Assembly: GCA_026397045.1 (NCBI GenBank)
Contig: JAPLVO010000008.1
Location: 20,850-84,849, forward strand
Direction: 5' to 3'
Source: Patescibacteria group bacterium
GTDB lineage: Bacteria; Patescibacteriota; Saccharimonadia; CAILAD01; BJGX01
DNA: 64,000 nt
Part shown: positions 57,412 through 64,000 of the stretch, in pieces
Position numbering within the stretch: the first letter of the stretch is position 1
Layout: the number at the start of each line of letters is the position of its first letter
Notes under the pieces: generated by a model
Told to the model about the DNA's origin: nothing
Seen by the model: the letters and a program-made list of their open reading frames with translations, nothing else
The model's database searches: none
Translations under genes and position numbers: made by a program

Positions 57412-58911
57412 CTACGCCTTAGTATCCTTCAAAATCCTTTCCATGACTAGCTTAGCACTAAGGGTCACCATCGGTATGCCGCCTCCAGGATAGGTGCTCG
57501 CACCGACAAAATAAAGGTTCTTTATATCCTTACTTTTATTGTGTGGCCTAAAATAGCCAGACTGCAAAAAGTGATGGCTCAGACCAAAAGCAGATCCGAT
57601 GTGCAAATTATATTTGTCTCTGAAATCTTCTGGCGTAAAAATAGATTCCACTTTTATTTTTTTCTCAATATCCAAATCAAACTCCGTCTTTAGCCTTGAT
57701 AGTACCTGCTTTCTAAGGCGTTTTATGCCAGACTGCCATTGCACCTTTGAATCAAGATTCGGAACCGGCACCAGTACATAGAATACACTCTTTCCTTTTG
57801 GTGCCAAGCTTGGGTCAGTCTTGGTAGGAATATAAGTATAAAACGAAGGATCCTTAGGAAGTTTTTTCTGATGGAATATTTCATCAAGATTATTTTTAAA
57901 GTCTTTACAGAGATATACATTATGATGAAGCATGCCCTCGCAGCTATCATCTACACCCCAATAGAATAGTAAGGCTGAGCTTGCCTGCTTATATGATTCG
58001 AGTTTTGTATTAGGAGTCGAAGGTCGATCTTTTTCATCAATCAATTTCATCTGAGAATATACTAAATCAGCATTGGCTACAATTGTATCCGCATAAAGTT
58101 TTTTGTTCTTATTTGTCCTAATACCGACTGCGGTTTTGTTTTCTATAATTATTTCTTCTACCGGTGTCGAGGTAATTATTTTACCCCCTAAATCTTTGAC
58201 CAGCTTTTCAATAGCCAAAGATAGTGAGTACATGCCACCCTTTGGATACCAAATACCCAATCCTGTTTCCATATAGCTCACCACGCTATAAACCGCTGGT
58301 GCCTCGTGCGGACTAACACCCAAATACATACTTTGAAAACTAAATAATTGCCTAAGGCGCTCATCTTTGAAATAACGCGAGACAAATTTATAGAGCTTAG
58401 ATAAGCCTCTCTTTTTGAATAATTGGGCACCACTTACGGGGCTGATGAAGTCGGTAATATTGCTAAAGTTTTTATCTATAAAGTTAGCCCTAGCGATTCT
58501 ATATATCTCCGATACATCGCCGAAAAATTTATAAAACTGCTCTGGGCCTTTAGGGTCAAACTTGGACAGCTCGCTTGCAAATTTTGGTAAATTACTACTT
58601 ACAGTAATTCTACTTTTATCGGCGAATGCAACTTGATAGTTTGGCTCTAGCTGTAACAACTCGATATAGTCATCGAAATTTTTACCACAGTAGCTGAAGG
58701 TCTCATAGAGGGTATCGGTCATCATGAGAAGGGTCGGCCCCATGTCAAAAGTGTAGCCACTTTTCTCAATACGGTGTGCTCGGCCGCCAATTTTATCTTC
58801 CTTTTCGACAATAGTGACTTCGTAGCCATTTTTAAGCAAACGAGCAGCCGCACACATCCCGCCTATGCCGCCGCCAACTATAATTACACTTTTGAGTTTA
58901 TTATTTTTCAT
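57412..58911 (-). CDS. crtI: Phytoene desaturase
   Basis: GGGIGG FAD motif, FDMGPT, YPKGG, GSAFG..H...QS.YFRP.N, GASTYPGGGIP. Confidence 0.93.
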   Translation of the reverse strand: MKNNKLKSVIIVGGGIGGMCAAARLLKNGYEVTIVEKEDKIGGRAHRIEKSGYTFDMGPTLLMMTDTLYETFSYCGKNFDDYIELLQLEPNYQVAFADKSRITVSSNLPKFASELSKFDPKGPEQFYKFFGDVSEIYRIARANFIDKNFSNITDFISPVSGAQLFKKRGLSKLYKFVSRYFKDERLRQLFSFQSMYLGVSPHEAPAVYSVVSYMETGLGIWYPKGGMYSLSLAIEKLVKDLGGKIITSTPVEEIIIENKTAVGIRTNKNKKLYADTIVANADLVYSQMKLIDEKDRPSTPNTKLESYKQASSALLFYWGVDDSCEGMLHHNVYLCKDFKNNLDEIFHQKKLPKDPSFYTYIPTKTDPSLAPKGKSVFYVLVPVPNLDSKVQWQSGIKRLRKQVLSRLKTEFDLDIEKKIKVESIFTPEDFRDKYNLHIGSAFGLSHHFLQSGYFRPHNKSKDIKNLYFVGASTYPGGGIPMVTLSAKLVMERILKDTKA

Positions 58912-58941
58912 TATTTAGTGAATATATAATATAATAATACT

Positions 58942-59256
58942 GTGAATAATGCATATTTAGCCATACTTTTATTTAGCATAGCGGGGATGGGTATAATTGA
59001 CGCCCGCTATAAGTTAGTATTTTTTTTAGATTATAAATCGGCCGCCAAGAGCATCGCCATAGTGATGACGCTGCTTTTAGTTATTGATGTGATAGGAATA
59101 AATTTAGATATATTCAGCACTAATCCAGATTATGTGACTGGCATTTTTATTGGCAGCGAAAACCTGCCGCTGGAGGAATTCTTTTTTTTATTTCTTCTTT
59201 GCTATTTCACGCTATCTATCAATCGGATAATATCGTCGAGACTTAAAAATGTTTAA
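58942..59256 (+). CDS. Lycopene cyclase domain protein (CrtYe/CrtYc-like subunit)
   Basis: 3 TM; IDARYKL.FF, DVIGINL.IF, LPLEEFFFL. Confidence 0.85.
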   Translation: MNNAYLAILLFSIAGMGIIDARYKLVFFLDYKSAAKSIAIVMTLLLVIDVIGINLDIFSTNPDYVTGIFIGSENLPLEEFFFLFLLCYFTLSINRIISSRLKNV

Positions 59257-59557
59257 ATATAGTGGCTTGATTATATTATGTTTAGCGCTGTCGACTGGTA
59301 TTATATTTATTTACAAATTAAAAGTAACGCTTAGCAAAGCACTACTATACACCGGGCTTGTAAGTTTTGTTGCTATGCTGTTTTTTAACACCATACTCAC
59401 GAGCCTGCCTATAGTGGTGTATAATACGGCTTCAACTCTAAATATTAGAGTCCTAACATTCCCTATTGAGGACATAGGATATTTATTGGCGGTCTTAATG
59501 ATTCTGCCAGCTTTGTTTGAAAAGTTTATTAACGAAAGTAGTTCTAATAAAAAATAA
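59249..59557 (+). CDS. Lycopene cyclase domain protein (CrtYf/CrtYd-like subunit)
   Basis: 3 TM; IVVY, FPIEDIGY. Confidence 0.8.
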   Translation: MFKYSGLIILCLALSTGIIFIYKLKVTLSKALLYTGLVSFVAMLFFNTILTSLPIVVYNTASTLNIRVLTFPIEDIGYLLAVLMILPALFEKFINESSSNKK

Positions 59558-61550
59558 TCATCAGCTTTCTATTCGAGAAGTTTTAGCCAGTTCTAGGCCA
59601 TTTAGCTGGGTTAACACTGTCGGTCCTTTCTTTGTAGGCTATACGATTGCCAATGGCTCGATCAATCTCCCCTGCGTGGTAGGTGCGGTTTACTTTTGCT
59701 TCTTCTACAATTTTTTATTATATGGAGTGAATGATATATTTGATTATGAATCAGATATAAAAAATCCTCGAAAAAATTCTATAGAGGGTGGCCTGGTCGA
59801 CAAGAGCAAACATAATCTGATGTTCGCTCTTATAATAGCTACGAATATACCTATTTTAATATACCTAATGGCCACTGGCAGCATACTTAGTGGCTCAATA
59901 CTGGCCCTAATCATATTTTTTGCATTTAGCTATTCCGCTAAGCCATTCAGATTTAAAGAGGTGCCAATTCTAGATTCGATAAATTCTAGCTTGCACTTTG
60001 TGATGCCTTTAGTTTTTGGCTTGGTTTATGCAGGTGCCACCAGCCTTCCTTGGCCAGCGATAATATCTTTCTTTTTGTGGGGAGCTGCCTCGCAGGCCCT
60101 AGGAGCTATCCAGGACATTAAGCCCGATAGGGCAGGCGGTATAGAGTCGATCGCAACCAAGCTGGGGTCAAAGTTTACAAATAGGTATAGCATTATTCTT
60201 TATACCGTGAGCTGTATCATACCCGTCATATTCTATTTCCCATGGGGAATAGCTGTAGGAATTATACTTTCCCTTTACCCATTAAATGTTCTGTTCTTTA
60301 GCAGATTCAAATCAGATGCTAAGAGTGGTGAATACAATAGGGCCTGGAAAAACTTTCTATGGTTAAACCTGCTGTGTGGTTTCTGGCTAAGTCAACTGTT
60401 ACTGTTCGTCTTTGACCCATTAGGGCTGGGGCTAAGCAGGATAGCTTTGCTGGGAGTCTTTATTATTATTATTGGCTTGGCTCAACTATCCCTTACTCTG
60501 TACAATTACAAGAAATTCACTCGTCCCAAGACTAAACGCCTCAATGATCTGCCGCATATAGATATACTACTCCACTCCACCGGCAACAAGGATAATATCG
60601 CCTCCACGCTCCTTGCTCTGATAGGCCAAAACTACCCTCACTTTGATATTTACTACGCCAACCTAGATAATGACCCGCGCTCCAGGAAGATCGCTGAAGG
60701 CTACCAGGATAAAAGGCTACAAATCGTTGACGCTGGCAGAACTCCAGCCGGCTGGAGTCAGGCGGCCTGGGCTAGCAATGTATTATTTAAAAAATCTAAA
60801 TCGGATATAAATGTATTAATAAGCCCAGATACTATTCTGCTACCCAACACCCTTTCGGTAATTGCCAGCATGTTCGACTCTAGCGATCTAGATCTAGTAT
60901 CATTATTGCCGGCTGATCAAAATGAATCATTATGGCAGCAACTTTTAATGAGCCAGGAACACTATTTGCTATTAGGACTCTACCCTTCTGCATACATCAC
61001 CAAAAACCACCCAAAACTAGCCACGGCTTATAGTAATTTAATTGCTTTTAAGAAGTCTCCGCTTAAAAAAGTTGGTGGGTTTGAATTAACCAAAAACAGC
61101 CCCCTTGAGGACCTCGATATAGCCAATAAAGCCAACCAAATCGGGCTAAACACTAAATTCTATTGTGCTAGCGACTTGGCAGTTAGCCAGAATAGATCTG
61201 GGCTAGTGAGTTTAGCTGCCTACAACCAACAAAAACTGTATCCTAGCCTACACTTCAATATGCCCCTTACTGTTGCTCTTATTTCGGGTGGTATTTTCAT
61301 TATTTCATTCCCAATATTCTTATTAAGCGCCTTGATGCTAGCAGGGATATATGATGGCACAATACTTTTGGCGATAGGTTGTGCTCTACTGCTATTCAAT
61401 AGGCTAGTAGTAATGGTCAAATCCAAGCAGAGCATTTCTGGTGCTCTGCTTTACCCATTAGGCTGTCTTGCGATTTTGCTGCAACTTTTCACATCGATGC
61501 TCTATTATGAGCTAAGAAAGCACAGCTGGAAAAGCCGCTACGAACTATAG
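59517..61550 (+). CDS. crtEb: Lycopene elongase-type UbiA prenyltransferase (CrtEb-like) fused to a degenerate GT2 domain
   Basis: SSRPFSWVNT, YGVNDIFDYESD.KNPRK..IEG, RFKEVP.LDS, GAIQDI.PDR; C-terminal QNYP...PAGW...EDL...WKSR. Confidence 0.82.
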   Translation: MKSLLTKVVLIKNNHQLSIREVLASSRPFSWVNTVGPFFVGYTIANGSINLPCVVGAVYFCFFYNFLLYGVNDIFDYESDIKNPRKNSIEGGLVDKSKHNLMFALIIATNIPILIYLMATGSILSGSILALIIFFAFSYSAKPFRFKEVPILDSINSSLHFVMPLVFGLVYAGATSLPWPAIISFFLWGAASQALGAIQDIKPDRAGGIESIATKLGSKFTNRYSIILYTVSCIIPVIFYFPWGIAVGIILSLYPLNVLFFSRFKSDAKSGEYNRAWKNFLWLNLLCGFWLSQLLLFVFDPLGLGLSRIALLGVFIIIIGLAQLSLTLYNYKKFTRPKTKRLNDLPHIDILLHSTGNKDNIASTLLALIGQNYPHFDIYYANLDNDPRSRKIAEGYQDKRLQIVDAGRTPAGWSQAAWASNVLFKKSKSDINVLISPDTILLPNTLSVIASMFDSSDLDLVSLLPADQNESLWQQLLMSQEHYLLLGLYPSAYITKNHPKLATAYSNLIAFKKSPLKKVGGFELTKNSPLEDLDIANKANQIGLNTKFYCASDLAVSQNRSGLVSLAAYNQQKLYPSLHFNMPLTVALISGGIFIISFPIFLLSALMLAGIYDGTILLAIGCALLLFNRLVVMVKSKQSISGALLYPLGCLAILLQLFTSMLYYELRKHSWKSRYEL

Positions 61551-61571
61551 CCTGATCTTTTGCTTGCTTCC

Positions 61572-62411
61572 CTAAAGCGCTCTATCGCTTGCCCTAAACA
61601 CTACTTTGGCTATAATTATAGCCAATACGGATGCTAGCCCGACTGCTATAAATACTGGCAAAGTCTGAGATAGCAAAAATACTATTACCCTACCCAGAGC
61701 TAAAGGGTCCATTAGTCGGGAAGGGTCCGAAGAGATTAATAGATTATTCGCACTTAATAAATTAGCCGAAAAAGCCATTACCAGCCCGATGATAGAGCCA
61801 AATGCAAGTGAATAAGCAGGGCTAGTTATTTTTCTACTGCCCTTGCGAATATTAACTATTACCAGCGATAGTATCGAAATAGAAATAGTCACCCACAAAA
61901 AAGGTATAGCTTGGCTCGCCGTAGTATAGATTAGTTTGGCATACTGCAATCTATCTAATAGTGTCTTGTCCTCGCTATCTGGTGCGATCAGCGAAATGCT
62001 GTCTGGAATAATTTTGGTAATCTCGAATTTAGCTCTTGGGTCGTCTATGCCAGAAAGTGCCTTTGACCTCAGCTGCACTAGATCTAATTGCAAAGCTATA
62101 GGGCCATTAGGCGAATTAAGCCACTCCAATATAGATATCTGGCTTGGCTGCAAAGTAGACTTTACAACTTCTGGGGTTACTGCTTGGCCGATTCCGTTCT
62201 TTGCAAGACCCACAATTGCCTCATTGCCGCTTAATTGGCTAATGAGCAAGGAGCTCAAGCTCTTGGCGGCAGTGTTATAAAATCCTGAGCCGGCCAATAC
62301 TTGTGTTAGCCTTTGGTTGGAGGAAAATGTCCCCACTAGAGACATGGCAAAGACTAAAAGTAAAAAGCTCAGGCAGACCACTGCCTGTAATATTCTATTG
62401 ATTAGTGACAA
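61572..62411 (-). CDS. Hypothetical membrane protein
   Basis: 4 TM segments with one large loop. Confidence 0.7.
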   Translation of the reverse strand: MSLINRILQAVVCLSFLLLVFAMSLVGTFSSNQRLTQVLAGSGFYNTAAKSLSSLLISQLSGNEAIVGLAKNGIGQAVTPEVVKSTLQPSQISILEWLNSPNGPIALQLDLVQLRSKALSGIDDPRAKFEITKIIPDSISLIAPDSEDKTLLDRLQYAKLIYTTASQAIPFLWVTISISILSLVIVNIRKGSRKITSPAYSLAFGSIIGLVMAFSANLLSANNLLISSDPSRLMDPLALGRVIVFLLSQTLPVFIAVGLASVLAIIIAKVVFRASDRAL

Positions 62412-62433
62412 AACAAAGTTGACATTATGTAGA

Positions 62434-63000
62434 TTATTTTAGCATCTCATTATGATCCTCGGCTAGAGATAACATAACAAATTCTATTTGGTTGTAGAAA
62501 GACTTATAACCAGCATTGTTGTGCAATGTGTAGTCTGCACGATCCTGGATTGCCGAGACATCAAAGTGGGCATTTTTATTTTCATTAATTTCCAGCTGCT
62601 TAAATGTGTCGAAATCAATTTTGTCGCCAATTCTATTGCGCAGTAAGGATCTTTTGTAGCGAGATTCTGCAGAAGCTACAGTGCTTATTACCTTCCCGCC
62701 TTTGGCGATGGCATAATCGGCTTCTTCTGGGTGCCTTAATGCACTTAATAATATTTTTTGAGTGCCGGCTCCTTCTAGAGCCCAGCGCACCAAAACATCA
62801 TTTCCTTGTTCATCCCTGAGCTTAGTGGCGACTTTATGCATATTTTGCCGGGTAAGATCCCCTAACATATTTTTTTTAATATAATCTCTTAGGATATCCG
62901 CAGTAGAGATATGCTTGTATCCATATTTCTTACAAATATAGTCAGCAGCAGTATCCTTACCACTACCAGCCTGTCCTACTAAAATCAGTATTTTACTCAT
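62434..63000 (-). CDS. Nucleoside-monophosphate/dephospho-CoA kinase-like P-loop protein
   Basis: GQAGSGKDT, STADILR, LR.PEE, ADYTL.N. Confidence 0.8.
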   Translation of the reverse strand: MSKILILVGQAGSGKDTAADYICKKYGYKHISTADILRDYIKKNMLGDLTRQNMHKVATKLRDEQGNDVLVRWALEGAGTQKILLSALRHPEEADYAIAKGGKVISTVASAESRYKRSLLRNRIGDKIDFDTFKQLEINENKNAHFDVSAIQDRADYTLHNNAGYKSFYNQIEFVMLSLAEDHNEMLK

Positions 63001-63034
63001 TAGCTATATACTATCCTATTTTGGCTTATTCTAG

Positions 63035-63796
63035 CTAATTATATTTACTAAGTTCTTCAAGAAGCTGGCCTTTGTAGTCATAGCTTTTTTGATCATACTC
63101 TGCAAGCACGCTATCTATTGCCTGATTTTTAGAAATAATAAGTGCATCAAGTTCATCTTTATTTTTAGATAATGACTCTACACCTTTACGGAACTGGGCC
63201 CTAGCAGATTCGATATCTGTGCTAAATTTTTCTGAGACTATTTGGCTATCTACCCCCGCGGCGCAGGATATTTTCGCCTCACTGGATAAAGTCTCGAACC
63301 TTGATACTAAAGACAAGTCGTTCTGCTTATCAAGAAGTATGTGACGATCTGAAAGCTCAGTTATTTTATTTTTAAAATCAATTCTTATTCGATCTACGCC
63401 TTCTCTTCTTGCGCTGATTGCGCTGACTATTTTACTTTTATAACTATCTATTGCAGCGGCTTGCTCTGGGGTTCTAGACTTGAGTAATATCTGCCTAAAG
63501 TGTTCTTCTCTCTTTTCGTCGGCCGACTGGCGTATAGACTTTAACTTTTGTTCGGGTTTACTTTGGGGTGTTCTGTTGCTACTGATTAGATCCCTGTTTT
63601 GGTCTCTTTTATTTTTAAGGGCAGCTAGCTTATCGCCAATTTTCAGAGATGATGACTCCTGGCCTGCACAGAAATTTGTTTCTCCCATGGCGATTATGGG
63701 CATAGCAAAAGCACTAGCTGGCATCAATACAAGGCTAAGCAGCAACAGCGAGATAATGGAGATAAATATTTTGATTGGATTATTATTAGTTTTCAT
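63035..63796 (-). CDS. Secreted coiled-coil hypothetical protein
   Basis: Signal peptide (...PASAFA) followed by a helical charged body. Confidence 0.72.
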   Translation of the reverse strand: MKTNNNPIKIFISIISLLLLSLVLMPASAFAMPIIAMGETNFCAGQESSSLKIGDKLAALKNKRDQNRDLISSNRTPQSKPEQKLKSIRQSADEKREEHFRQILLKSRTPEQAAAIDSYKSKIVSAISARREGVDRIRIDFKNKITELSDRHILLDKQNDLSLVSRFETLSSEAKISCAAGVDSQIVSEKFSTDIESARAQFRKGVESLSKNKDELDALIISKNQAIDSVLAEYDQKSYDYKGQLLEELSKYN

Positions 63797-64000
63797 CTAA
63801 AGCCTCATCTATTGTTGACATGCTAGAAACAGTTACTTTTGCAGAATCTTCGGCTGTGGTGTCGATATAAGAATTATTGGTATCATTTTGGGCATCAGCA
63901 ATGTTGAGATTGCTTAGGTTCTCTAAGCTGCCGTTGGGCTTGACCGATGAGCTGCTCAGGGTATCGACCGGCGTAGTACCACTTATAGTCGCATACCCTC
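63786..64000 (-). CDS. Hypothetical protein, 3' part only
   Basis: Open - frame from the window edge: GYATISGTTPVD...DEALDEN*; overlaps the next start codon. Confidence 0.55.
   Translation of the reverse strand, partial: GYATISGTTPVDTLSSSSVKPNGSLENLSNLNIADAQNDTNNSYIDTTAEDSAKVTVSSMSTIDEALDEN

Noticed and set aside
1-64000. CRISPR array, cas genes, transposases, integrases, prophage genes, rRNA
   Set aside because: No repeat-spacer periodicity and no recognisable motifs were seen.
1-64000. UGA recoding (genetic code 25)
   Set aside because: Conserved genes are full length under code 11, and several (scpB, the pseudouridine synthase, glyQS) end at TGA.

Overview
This AT-rich, gene-dense window uses the standard code (TGA is a stop) and looks like a Patescibacteria/CPR chromosome, most similar to Saccharibacteria. 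That placement is an inference from the short divergent MraZ, L1 with a long N-terminal extension, AspRS lacking the GAD domain, a sigma-r4/HTH protein and a VirD4-like ATPase. Genes run on + up to 15.1 kb (HK/RR, aspS, scpAB, der, pth, dprA, topA) and mostly on - afterwards (dcw cluster, glyQS, recO, peroxidases, DEAD helicase, cysS, recR, GtrA/GT2/GT-C cluster, dnaB, dnaX, rplL/J, glyA, rplA/K, nusG, secE). A dif-like 11-6-11 palindrome sits at the strand convergence. The main observations are: (1) a complete divergent C50-type carotenoid cluster with a CrtEb fused to a degenerate GT2 domain; (2) a monomeric, mitochondrial-like PheRS-family gene behind an unannotated Phe-rich leader-peptide attenuator; (3) two unexplained structured RNAs, each with its own promoter and terminator, flanking dprA and displaying anti-Shine-Dalgarno-like loops; (4) micropeptides, hairpins and (AAAAAC)n tracts in the mraZ-rsmH-ftsL spacers; (5) a 47-aa stand-alone DnaJ-type zinc-finger gene; (6) many apparently leaderless genes. 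All calls come from reading the sequence by eye; no searches or folding programs were run.
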